DNA of 64,000 bases from Antedon mediterranea (taxonomy: Eukaryota; Animalia; Echinodermata): assembly GCF_964355755.1 (NCBI RefSeq), contig NC_092677.1, positions 6,036,101 through 6,100,100 of the forward strand, given 5' to 3'. Of the stretch, positions 1-11,944 are shown in pieces. The notes under the pieces are model-generated. The model ran no database searches. It saw nothing but the letters and a program-made list of their open reading frames with translations, and was not told the DNA's origin. Both the position numbers and the translations under genes were made by a program. Within the stretch, counting starts at the first letter, position 1; each line of letters starts with the position of its first letter.

Positions 1-178
1 TTAATATTTAGTTAATTTGTATGGATGTTTTAAATCTTGAATCTTTAATCACCTTCAATTTTAGGGGAAGGTTTAAATGTTTTTAAGTATTGGCTGCCTT
101 GCCTATAAAGTTATAAGTGGCCATCTTGTTTTTTAGATACATCAATACAAATTATTATCTAAATCAAAAACTTCTTAC

Positions 179-3100
179 CTTTTCAGTTTCTTCGTCTTTT
201 ACTTCTTCTTCCTCTTTCACTTCTTCTGCATCTTTTGCTTCTTCTCCATCCTTTGCTTCTTCTCCTTCTTTTGTTTCGGCCTCCTTTCCATCTTCATCTG
301 TCAGCTTCTCTTCTTCTCCAGCCTCCTCAGCATCTTCTGCTTTCTCCTCAACTTTGCCGTCCTCTTCCTCAGCTTTGGAACCACCAAAGAAGTCAATAAT
401 TTTACTGCCTAATTCTGGGAGCAAAATTAGTATATATTTAGTAATTAGGTTACTGATTTATAAACTAGATGTGTGTGTTTCTTTTCATTGATTGCTCTTA
501 TTTATCAGTCAAAAAGAATTGCGGTTCTGTGAAATACTTACTAGCAAAGGTAGACTGTGATTCATCCGATTCATTTTCAGCTTTGTCCAATAATTTCTCA
601 AAAACAGACTCAACCTAAAAAAAAACCAATTTCAAATACTAATAATTAATAAATATTTAAGTCAGACATTTCCACTTGAAAACAAAGCATTGGGAATGGA
701 AATGTTTTTAAAACATACCTATTTTTAACATTACGGAATTAAGGACCTTTCGATCTTAAGAAAAGTCGTGTATTGGGAGGGTTTCCAGTTGTTAGAAAGT
801 TTGGAAATGAAAGAGGTTGACTGTGGTACTATATTGAAAGGTTATCTGTAAAGGGTCTTTCACACCTGTTCTGATGTGAATGTCAATGTTTCGTTTTCAC
901 GGCTATGCACCAACCGATATACGCATAGACGTCTGGAAACGAAACAATGACTTTCAATTTGATTTGCTGGCACTGGTGTAAAAGACTCTTAAGTCCATTT
1001 AAACTAAACTTGTGGCGCAAAGTGATTACTTACTCTAACAAGATTCAGAAGACCGCTCTCATCCATGTGGAAGTGTGCCTTGATTCCTTTTGATTCAGTT
1101 CCGGCATTTTTTTCCAGCTTCTCAGAAACACCTCCCAATTCCACCTTGCTAAGGTTTGCTGATCCAAAAACACTAAAATAGGAAGAATAAATTAGGATAT
1201 TCAATGCTGGGTTGTTCCACTAATGGTTTGGGTAAAAAATAGTGACAGCTAAAATAATTGAGCCACTGTAGATTGGCGGTTAATGGGTTTCTTATCAATT
1301 CTATGGTGCCGTGCTTAAATAAATAGGCCTAATTGTTAATATAATAATCAAAGTAAGCCTACGATGGAAAAGTGGTTTAGGCAGGGGCGCCATTTACCTA
1401 ATACCTAAAGAGCTAACAATATCGGCATGGTTTCAAGACCGACTCGCTCCTAGTACCGGTGGTGTAACAAGTCTTCTCGGATAAGGACTATAAATCGTAG
1501 GTCCAGTGTACACAGTTATAACCCGTGTACACTTAGAACCCTGTTCATCATTCAAAACGAGTAGGGGAGTTACCCAGGTGAACTATCTGATAGGACAATG
1601 ATTTATTTACTATTGGTAATCCTTGGCCACATGTGCCTAGAGACATAAAATAAATAATTACCTCATGTAATCTGTTGGTAGAACATTCTCAAGATCAACG
1701 TAGTTAACATTAAATGTAAAATCATCCGTCATCCGGTTAAAGGTCATGACCTTTTTCTGCGGATACGGATTGTTGCGGGAGAATAAGGTTCTCTTAACTT
1801 TCTTGGTAGTTGTTACACCGTCATCATCTGTTATCAGTCGCGTAAAGTCAACCTAAGAAAGAAATCAGTATTTCATTTTTTGCACCATAGTTTTAGTACA
1901 GAATATATCAACAATAATATTTGAAAATATACATACCGCAATAGGATAGAGATTAGCATCTTTGACGATAAACTTCTTTACTTTGAAGCCTTTGCTGAGA
2001 TGAGCAGCCTGGTAAACAGCCCCCAGTGCGGCTGCTTCATCTGCGTTTATGTTCTTTCCAAGTTCATCCCTAAATTCAGAAAAAATTGTAAGAAAATATT
2101 AATAGTATAATGATCTGTATACACTATCAAACTAGTTTGAAAAAAAAAAGGTGGTGTGCCCAAATATGTTAGTAACATGATGTCTTCGTGTCCATATATG
2201 GGCACATACATGTTTTTGACAGTATAGACAGATCTTTAAACAAAACATGGATGCATACAACCACACTATGGATCTTTGCACAGGTATTAAAACAAAAGGA
2301 TAAATCACTTACTTTCCTGTAGCCTTCAGCAGCATTTCCTGAACTTTTGGAACTCGTGTTCCACCTCCTACAAGAATCACCTGGCTTATTTCATTCTAAG
2401 AAATAAATTTGGTTATTTTTATGGATTTATAACGATACATGGTGTGGTGATCCCTTGCTCAAATGAAGCTAATGCAAGGGTGTGTGGCGCAGTGTGTTGG
2501 ACTACTGATCGTGGTTCGAATCCAACTCATGCTTGTATCCTTAGGCAAGATACTTTACTTATGTTTGGCGCTCTCCACCCAGGTGTATAAATGGGTACCT
2601 GGTTAGATCAAGACACAACTTTGCACTGATTACTAGCTGCATTATGGGAGTATGTTTCCATACGTGTTTGATGCAAAAAATGACCGGGGTAATAATGTTC
2701 AGCGCTTAGGGGTTTCACAACATTAGGCGCTATATAAATCCAGGATATTATTATTATATTAAAATGATTGGATGTAGGTGGGGGCATGTGGCACAATGAG
2801 TTGGACGTTGGACTATTGATCGAAAGATCGTGAGTTCGAATCCAAAGCTGTTCGCATTGCTTAATATACACTTCTGAGCAGAAAGGTTACTAAGGGATTC
2901 CAGACAGAATAATTAGATTTGATTCGTACCATGCCCATTTCTGCCGACTTCAGCGCCATGTTGATGGGGTCATCAATTCGCTCCCATAAATCACTGCACA
3001 TCTCCTCCAATTCTGCTCTTGTTACCATTGCTCGAAAATCTTTGTCTTCTAGGACTCCTTCAACCTGAATAAAAATGAATTAATTAACATTCTTAACACA

Positions 3101-6100
3101 CATTGCTTGCATAAAACCAAGGCAATTTAACAGGACTATAAATCAGTTTAAAAAACAAAGATATTTTATTTAAACTAATGTTATGTATAGCGCCGCTGAT
3201 TATGAGCTTATATAAATGGGCGCTATATAAGTGTTAAAACTAGGACAATTTTTTTTAAGCTATAAAATGTTATTTGTTAATACACACACCTGTGACAAAT
3301 GGTCTATATTCGCACTTAAGCTATAAAATGTTATTTGTTAATACACACACCTGTGACAAATGGTCTATATTCGCACTTAACACTTTCTTCAATCGTTTTG
3401 CTTCTTTTAGTAGCTTTGCCATTGCACGTGGGCTGTCTTGTACTTTCCCTTCAGTTTTTACTTTTTCAGTGAAAAGTTTTACGAGGTGATTCCTTAGCCT
3501 CATGTCTATTTCCAGGCCACCAAGTCCCCTATCGAATCTGAGGTTAAAAACAGTAAATTAAATTTAACTTATATCAAGAATAGTAGATAACTTTAGTAAC
3601 TAAACTAAAAAAGTTTCTATAATCTAACAATCAGTACCACTATCATTCATATCATCAATTTACCCATTTCTACTCCTGGGAGAAAAATGTTAAATTTACT
3701 TTTATGTTTATTAATCTGGTTGTTAAAATGGAAATTACAGGAGAACAGAGGGGAATTATTTTATATAATTTGAAGGGAAAAGCAGTATAAATGTTCAGTT
3801 TCAAGTGTAGATTAATAAAGTGATAATCAATTTTGTCGAATGACATGGTTGTATTCATGAAACTCAGTCAGTGCGATAACTTACCCAACCCCTTTAACAA
3901 ATAAATGAGGATTGGTTTCTGTAACGCCATGGTCTTTACTCTTGGTTATCTGGTACCCAACGATGGTAGCTGTAGTACTACTAGCACCCATGTCATAAAA
4001 CATTATATGTTGGATTGATTTATCAAACTCTTGACGACGGAACACACCATAATTTAACGCAACTAAATAGAGAAAAAACAAAACATTCAAAAATGTATAT
4101 CATCACAACTATTATTAGACATGTCAGGTTGAGAGAGATGGAGGGTTGGGGAGAGCAATATGGCATAATGGTAAGGAATTTTTAAGAGACTACAGGAGAG
4201 GCATGGGTTCGAGACATATTGTTTGCATCCTTAGGCAAGATACTTTACGCTCATTGCATCGTCCTTCAGATGGAATGTAAAGCATTTGATCACAGTAGGC
4301 TGCCAGGAGTATGTAGAGGGCATATTTCAAATGTCCTGTTAAACTAAGGAAAATTATTAATACATTTAGTATTACTGATAAAAGTTAAGATTTTCTCTTA
4401 CCTGCAGCATTGTCATTTATAAGCTGTAATACATTCAGGCCTGCAAGTTCAGCTGCATACTTGACAGCTCTCCTCTCAGCCTGGTTGAAGTAGGCTGGAA
4501 CTGTTAGTACTACATCTTTAATAGGATGATCTAACATGTAAAAAAAGCACTTATACTTTCTATTTTCAATTGTCATATACGATTGATTGATCATATAGTG
4601 ATACTGTATTACAATTAGATTACTTATTAGATTACTTATTATTAGATTGTAAGGAAATTCTGTAATAAATAAAACATCTATTAATATTTACCAGCATATT
4701 CTTGAGAAAAATCCCTTGCTTTGCTTAGGATCATACTTAAAAGCTCTTCAGGACTGAATGCTATGTCATCATCATGTTGAAACAGAACTGAACCTATGAA
4801 CAATAAATAGAAACAAAATTCATAAATTCATGTTGTTTTTTTCTCCAAAAAAAAAAATAAAAAAATATAATGATTAAAATGCAGTAAAACATTCAAGACT
4901 CAACCTAAATAAAGTGTTTGTGTTTGCGAAAATTAATAAAACTCGCGAAATGCTGCCTTTGGTTAGTTCACCCCTAACAAGTTTTACAATAACAACCTAT
5001 TTTCCTCCTACTAAAATTATTATATAGATGAGATCTGAAGAGGTTACCTCTTGATTGTGTGATTTCGATAAACAAAGTTCAAATAAATAAAAATATAAAA
5101 AAATTCTCAAAGCCATATCGAAATACATATTTCTGAAATCTTAACAGAGGTTTCACTAACCTGTTTCTTTATCTTCAACTATATTGTAGTATGGGAATCT
5201 TTCTTTATATTTTGTAACAATCGAGTTATTAAATGACTTGCCAATGAGGTCTTGTAAATAAATATATGCATTCTTTGGATATCGAACACTCTGAAACAAA
5301 CAAAAGAACACATTGTTAGCGAGAGTAGGCCAACAGCCGCATTCAGTTCATATAAATCAAAACATCTTTAATAAGAACAAAAAACAACAAATTATAATTG
5401 TATAAAAACTAATAAGATAATGGCAAGCGGATAAAGCCCTATACTCAGATTACACCGAGCTAAGGGATTACACCGAGCTGAGGGGTTACACCGAGCTAAG
5501 GGATTACACTGAGCTAAGGAATTACACCAAGCATAGGGGTTACACTGAGCTATGGGATTACATCGAGCTAAGGTGTTACACAGAGCTAAGGAATTACATA
5601 GAGCTAAGGAATTACACCGAGCTAAGGGGTTACACCGAGCTAAGGAATTACACCGAGCTAAGGGGTTACACCGAGCTAAGGGATTACCTCGAGCTAAGGG
5701 ATTACACAAACCTAATGGGTTATACCAAGTTAAGGAATTACAACGAGCTAAGGGATTACACCAAGCTAAGGGATTACACCGAGCATAGGGATTACACTGA
5801 GCTATAGGATTACACCGAGCTAAGGGGTTACACCGAGCTAAGGAATTACACCGAGCTAAGGAATTACACCGAGCTAAGGGGTTACACCGAGCTAAGGGAT
5901 TACATCGAGCGAAGGGATTACACTAGACTTGCCCCAAGTCTGTATTATCTTCTTTTTTAATTTATTTGTTTTTATTTCGAACGCGATTTTTGTCTGAAAA
6001 TACAGACTTGTGAAACACGTATAGAAATCGATTTGCAGACCGTAAACATCCGATAATGACGTAGGTTATCATACCGTATTTGGCTATATGGGGCGGGCGG

Positions 6101-7413
6101 TATGTAAATATGGATTTCGAATCAACCAATGATCATTTTGTTTCAAAATGAAAAAGATCGAGACGTACGTACAGTGCTGAATGTACGATCGAGACTGTTG
6201 AAATAATAAAATCGTAATGCCAAGTTGTTTTGTTTATTAATTGTTTAGTCCTTGGCCTAGGCCTCTTTTGTAGGTCCCACTCAACTCGCACGCATGACCT
6301 GCCAAATAAAACGCCAATAAAGTAGCCCTACATACCACCACCGGCACACAACAGGGCTACACCACCACACAGAACAGGACAGGGTCTGGGTGGGAATTAA
6401 ATCAAAATTATCTCCGCGTAATAAATGATCCATTCAATGTTTGATTTGCGGAGAAGCTAGCCTATCATATCAAGACGAGTTTTCATGTTCTTGGGAAAAA
6501 ATCCCATCAAATGTTTACCAGACTACTAGGCATATAAAATAATTTCTAGCCTTCAGAAACTTTCATAAATGTACCCAAGTACACATTGTCTAAACGTAAC
6601 ATAGCGCATGCGCATCATCTTAGTTGTTGAGTCTTTGAAATTCTGAAATATGAATATTAAAACGGTGTACGAGTGAGTAGCCAATCGAATGCAGCTGAAA
6701 CTAGTCAACCGGATAATCGTATGCACCAAGAATTCTTGGTGTCAAACCATGTGACTTGTGCGTGTTTCCCCAGACGGAGTATCCAAAATCAAGTAGTATA
6801 CGTATGAAACGCCATATGTGCCAAAATATTTATCTTTTTACTAATATTAAGACAAAACTCCGTCTGGAACCCAGACTAGGATTACACCTACTAACCAAGA
6901 AAACATTAACTTACAACTCCCATGGCTGGATCTCCAAAAAGACGTTCACCATCTTTCATAGATACTGTAACCGGGGTTTTCCTTCTTGATTCCCTAAAAT
7001 TGAAAATATATAATAGTTATTTTTTTTACCCCAGAAATAGAAGAAAGTAAATCCACTCAGAATTAATTATAGGACGTCTCAATATTATCTGTTTGCGATT
7101 GAGTCATAGTTGGTAATAGTTTTTTTTTAGTTTTTAACAAAGTTTTGTACTTACTTATTAAGTACTATGTCCATTGGTACACCAGGCTGTAATAAAGAAA
7201 AGGTATTATATAATATTAATAGTATCAATTAATGAAAATATAGACACAATCGGAATTATTCTCAAAATAAATGAAATTATTTACTTTTACGATTGCAACT
7301 TTCATCCATTCACTTCCAAGATCAACTGACATAACAGCAAAACCTTGAATCAGACGAGGCATACATAACGCCACAAACACAGTTGCTAAAAAAGCAACCG
7401 TTGCTCTCCCCAT
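179..7413 (-). CDS. HYOU1: Hypoxia up-regulated protein 1 (GRP170/ORP150, ER Hsp70-family nucleotide exchange factor); multi-exon, 3' part lies beyond the window start
   Basis: GT-AG exons read by eye: 7413-7285, 7186-7155, 6993-6915, 5290-5161, 4793-4692, 4530-4402, 4062-3885, 3537-3351, 3064-2930, 2395-2313, 2069-1937, 1852-1662, 1172-1034, 614-542, 414-179. Signal peptide, then family motifs [83 protein letters not shown], and an acidic insertion. Confidence 0.95.
852..990. mobile_element. Short MITE-like element (PIF/Harbinger-like)
   Basis: Imperfect terminal inverted repeats agggtctttcacacc / ggtgtaaaagactct, with TAA on both flanks. Confidence 0.4.
1400..1600 (+). mobile_element. SINE fragment with Deu/Nin-like central domain; further copies on the - strand at ~23735-23925 and ~56590-56700
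   Basis: Three dispersed copies share ggataaggactataaa.cgtaggtccagtgtacac...gagtaggggagttac; resemblance to the Deu/Nin domain is from recall. Confidence 0.6.
2478..2758 (+). mobile_element. tRNA-derived SINE with L2-like 3' tail; related heads at ~2780-2850 and ~4160-4300
   Basis: A-box (tggcgcagtg), B-box (ggttcgaatcc), core tccttaggcaagatacttta...ctccacccaggtgtataaatgggtacc, and 3' gcgctatataaat followed by (TAT)n. Confidence 0.65.
3256..3380. repeat. 61-bp perfect tandem duplication spanning a HYOU1 exon 3' end and its donor site
   Basis: Two adjacent copies of gctataaaatgttatttgttaatacacacacctgtgacaaatggtctatattcgcacttaa. Confidence 0.9.
5448..5923. repeat. 18-bp minisatellite (gagctaagggattacacc)n, about 26 copies, intronic
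   Basis: Directly visible periodicity; accounts for the repetitive ORFs 5392-5709 and 5552-5788. Confidence 0.95.
5924..6878. mobile_element. Non-autonomous DNA transposon with TAG...CTA termini and 9-bp TSD (AcademH-like)
   Basis: ggattacac flanks both ends (5915-5923 and 6879-6887). Each terminus has a small hairpin (agacttg-cc-ccaagtct; gtctgg-aac-ccagac). A shorter related copy lies at ~20626-20745. Confidence 0.6.
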
Positions 7414-7612
7414 TTTGTCTCAAGTCAAATCTACATCAAAAATTACAATAAAGTATTTGATCGAATAAAAAGTAAATCAAATATATAATATAAAAATTTA
7501 CAATATTACTATTTATTATGTTAAAACTAATACAGTAATATACTATACACCAAAAGCAACTGATTTTTGTAAACAAAATTGATCAAAAAATCAAAACAAC
7601 CCAAACAAAGAA

Positions 7613-10229
7613 CGCCGTGGTTAGAATTCCGGCACCGGAACTCAACTGCCCACCGTTAAAGAATCCGACACGCTATTGCGCATGCCCAGAGCTATGGGAA
7701 GTGAATTATAGCTTGCACTAATAGTGCCACACCACACCACCACACCACGGAGAGTCGAAGTGTTTATAGGGATTTACTGTAGCCTAGATAGTCGTTGCGG
7801 GAGCGAGAGAGCGATGGATGAAACTTGGCCTATGCCATACAAGAATTAATAATTGAAATACGACTACGCCACGCGTTAAAATAATTTTAATGATATTAAT
7901 AAGTATCAGTATCTATCTAAGAATCGTAATGCTGTTTTTAGCGTTGTGACCCTGACTTCCCGAACAGTTTTTTTCACATCCATGCGTGGTGTACAGTATA
8001 ATGCGTTATGAAAAATCAAAAAACTAGTCATGTAATTATATAATTCATAATGATATGAAGTATATATATGAATGAAGCAACCACTTTTTAATTACAAAAT
8101 CAATAGGCCCACTGGTCACGTCAAAGGATGCTAGTCAAGTCGCCCCATCGCAAAGTCGCCCCATACAAAGTCGCCCATTACACAGTCGCCCCATCGCAAA
8201 GTCGCCCCAAAACAAAGTCGCCCCGACACAGTCGCCCCATCGCAAAGTCGCCCCATCGCAAAGTCGCCCCAACGCAAAGTCGCCCCATCGCAAAGTCGCC
8301 CCATCACAAAGTCGCCCTATCGCAAAGTCGCCCCAAAACGTTAAAAAATAGTTTACAAGTGCGTAAAATGTCGCAATGATACACAAAATAACACGGAACG
8401 TGTAGGCATAAAAAGGGGAAGCCCCGCCATGTAGGCCTAGTCTCAGGTCACACGATCGGCACGCACCACCATCATCAGAGAGGAAGCCCCCGACTAATCA
8501 CTCCGCGGTCGCACTAACGTGCTAGCTTTCCAGAGGGAAACCCCCGTAATTACTCCGCCGTTGTCGCGCTACAACGATGGGGAAACCCCGCCGGAGTTTT
8601 ACGATGATATCAGTCGCGTTCGAAATCGGTCGCGTTTAAATTTGGTCGCGATAAAATGATGTTATACGATCTAGATTATTTTTACTTTGGTCGATGAATA
8701 TGTATTATTATTATTAGGCCTATATTAATAATTTGTAAACATAGTTTAAGATTATAATATTATCCAGCATATTAATGTCATTTAACAGTACATAATTATT
8801 TAAATGTGAAATATTTTATAGGAAACGTAGGCTACGTCTGTGTCTTTTATTTTATATGCAACAAATTACGTAAAACAATTTATTTATAAACATTCAGTTT
8901 ACTATTAAATACATAGTATTACGTAATGAACATTGATTGTAAGCCTGGAAAGGCAATCCCATCATTATATCCATTATAAAATTGCATCATATCACCACTA
9001 TATGTTGTAAATGATGACGTGCGTCTGTGTATTCGTCGTACGTCCGTGTACGTATTATTCCGTGCCTCTTCACGGTCTTGTTTAATTTAAAATTAAATAA
9101 ATACCCGATATGAGGATATTTATTAGGCATGATAATTAGAATGTTCTAGGCCTAACCAAAAGGGTTGAAAAGAATTTCTTCAGTAAAATGATCATTGTGC
9201 TGTTGAATAAAAGGCGACTCGCCATCTGAAACATTCTCTGAAACCAATCGAAGCTGCGCCGTCTTTCTGCTGACCGTCGGGGATTCCCCTTTTTAAAAAA
9301 CACGCACACGATACTGTACGATGGTTTTTCCATGGTCAAAATGTAGCGTTTTAATTTTACTAAAATACCTGCATGTAAAACAATCATATTGGCGATGAAA
9401 TCCTTTTTTTTTTATTTCTTTATTTTGAAAAGTCATTATAAAATTAAGACACATAACTTGTCAATAAATGCAAAATGATCAATAAGTAGCCTATAACACG
9501 CATTGTCTTACAACACTGTTATTGTTTTAACTACTGTAAATCTATAGGAAGGCCTAGGCTACTACATATTTATACATTTATTATATTATCCTAAAAAATT
9601 AGCTGGTATCCACGCGTAGGTTGAAGAAAGATTCGTAACTCTGGTAACTAATTTTAAAATCATATTAAATTAACATTTTCGAAACTATATATAAATCAGG
9701 GATAATCTTTTTAGAACTTTTAAACAAGGGACTATATTTTTAATGATTTTTAAAAAGCACATCACTCCATTAAAACCTGTAAAATAAAAATTAAAACACA
9801 AATTATGATAGGATAAACATTATACTGTATACGACATTAGCGCGACCAAAGTAACAACGCAATCGATATCAAACGCAACCAATATGATTAAAACCGTGGG
9901 CGACTTTGCGATGGGGCGACTTTGCGTTGGGGCGACTTTGCGATGGGGCGAATTTGCGATGGGGCGACTTTGTAATGGGGCGACTTTGCGATGGGGCGAC
10001 TGTGCCGGGGCGACTTTGTTTTGGGGCGACTTTGCGATGTAGCCTAGATTAGTGGATCCCGTATTAGTAGGCATCTAGCCTAGGCTAGTTCGCCGTGTGG
10101 CGCAGCTATGAAATGATCCATCGCTGTTGATAAGTATAGAGTCGCCGATTACCTCGCTCTGGGCATGCGCAATAGCGTGTCGGATTCCCTAACGGTGGGC
10201 AGTTGAGTTCCGGAATCCTAACCACGGCG
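7613..10229. mobile_element. Non-autonomous TIR DNA transposon with ~80-bp TIRs and 9-bp TSD (MULE- or AcademH-like) in HYOU1 intron 1
   Basis: TIRs cgccgtggttag...gcatgcccagagc (7613-7693) and its reverse complement (10156-10229); TSD aacaaagaa at 7604-7612 and 10230-10238. Confidence 0.85.
8126..10040. mobile_element. Nested foldback-type element with inverted arrays of a ~17-bp repeat (aaagtcgccccatcgc)
   Basis: Direct array at 8137-8337 and inverted array at 9897-10037; exact termini and TSD not resolved. Confidence 0.7.
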
Positions 10230-10763
10230 AACAAAGAACTTCTTTTAAAAATGGCTTTTTCCTTTGTTTCAATTCATAATAGATCCTTTGCAGACAATAA
10301 AACATAATACAATATTATTAATATTAAATTATTAATTCATTTTTTTTTGTAGAATACTGTTGTTATTACACTGCAGACTGTATTAATTTTAATTTATTAA
10401 CAATAACATACAGTATTGGCCTCCTACAAATACAATATCAAACGATATATATCGATTGAACCAAACAATGAATGATTTATTATTCTAGGCCCCTAGTAAG
10501 CAGTATAAGTAGAAACTCAAGGCCTAGCCTCCTACCTCCTAGTCGCCCGCTTAGACTAGCGGATCTAGCTAACTACAATTTGCGGTTAGGCCTAGCCTAG
10601 TTGTAGTACTGTAGGACTAGTAGGCTAAACTGCCCGGCTTCTGTCTGGCCTGCCGACCGGTGTGTGGACCAGCCTTTTTCCAATCAAGAAAAATATATAT
10701 CGACTTATACTTATGTTTTATGATAACATATTACGCATATTTAAAATAAAAGATATACCATAC

Positions 10764-10860
10764 CTTCTGTAGAATTCTTAATATTTAATATTCTGTTGCT
10801 GAAACACAAAACACTTGCCGTAAGTCAACGTGTCTTTTTCAACAACCGGCAAGTTTTAAA
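10764..10860 (-). other. HYOU1: Putative non-coding first exon of HYOU1
   Basis: Donor AAG|GTATGG at 10763, acceptor at 7431 just upstream of the ATG, and an ERSE-like element immediately upstream. The TSS position is approximate. Confidence 0.55.
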
Positions 10861-10879
10861 ATAGCGCCCTCTTGGCGAA

Positions 10880-10898
10880 TGTGGCGAAATTTCATTGG
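10880..10898 (-). promoter_or_regulatory. ER stress response element (ERSE-like), CCAAT-N9-CCACA
   Basis: Minus strand reads CCAAT gaaatttcg CCACA with exact 9-nt spacing, directly upstream of an ER chaperone gene. Confidence 0.7.
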
Positions 10899-11944
10899 CT
10901 ATTAAATTTTGTCTTCGAAAATTATTAGGCAACACACAGGGAAATTAATAATAAATTAGCTACTACTAGGCCTATAAATCATATTTCATACTTAGATAAA
11001 AGAAATTGCTGGACTATAACATAAAATAATAATAAAATTTAAAATGAAGAGCAATTATCAAATTACCAAACAAACCACTTTATGCATAAACAAAAATTTA
11101 CAAACTTTACTGATCCTTAAAAATAAAAGTTAGCACAGCTCCTTATTTGATTGGGCACAGCATTTGTTAACGCTGGCGTAGACTACATAATGATGCAATT
11201 GATGTCATAGTTTATAATAACCACTAACTTTTTATAAGGCTGATTGGAAACATTTACCAGGAAGTGACCTCTTTTGAAGGGTACGGTATGTGAACACAAT
11301 AACATAGAAAAATCACTGAGTTTTTTCAATATACAGTACATCCACAGAAAAATAAGACATTTAAAATAGAAGAACTGATCCGATCTATTCTAGACACACA
11401 TAACAAAAATTGGAACATAAAATCTATATTTTTTATTTCCACCAATCCAATTATTTTTTACCTTATTATAATATAATCAAATTATATCAACTTTATTGAC
11501 AATTTATATTACAGTAGATATCATTGTTAGTATTATCGTTAATATTTATGCATTATTTTGCTTTTATACTATAAATATAATACCCATTTCATCCCATGCT
11601 TCATTCCATTCAATTCTCCCTTCCATTCCATCTCTCCATCCCACACCCTATAATAATATGCTATATTGTGTGAACAATAGAATTTGTTTTCTGTTTTCAT
11701 ATTTCAACTCATGAAATTATTTGTACTATTTCATAAACATAAAATAATCTACCACAGGCTCCAATATGTTTTCAGTCCCTTCTGTCTGGCTATCCATATA
11801 TATCTTCATGCTTTTACACCAAACCAAACACATCTGGATCTGGAGAGCGCTATAAAATGGTAAAACTTCACTCTTTTTGTATCACAAAACTACGTATTTG
11901 TGTGAGTCTGTTCTTATAGAGGAATTGCAATGTACACTTTAACA

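Noticed and set aside
117-491. Ser-rich 124-aa ORF on the + strand
   Set aside because: Antisense shadow of the acidic HYOU1 exon.
5392-5788. Cys-rich or His-rich repeat proteins
   Set aside because: Translations of an 18-bp intronic minisatellite on both strands.
8900-9400. MULE transposase remnant inside the foldback element
   Set aside because: Only a faint resemblance (KYPHIGYLFNFKLKQ) amid stops; not supportable without an HMM search.
8128-10074. CRISPR-like array or repeat-protein ORFs (8128-8379, 8135-8386, 9820-10074)
   Set aside because: Contiguous 17-bp repeats without unique spacers, arranged as inverted arms of a transposon; the ORFs are by-products and no cas genes are present.
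10863-10877. CTCF-like motif agcgccctcttggcg (similar words at ~28719 and ~50209)
   Set aside because: Short partial matches that cannot be distinguished from chance by eye.
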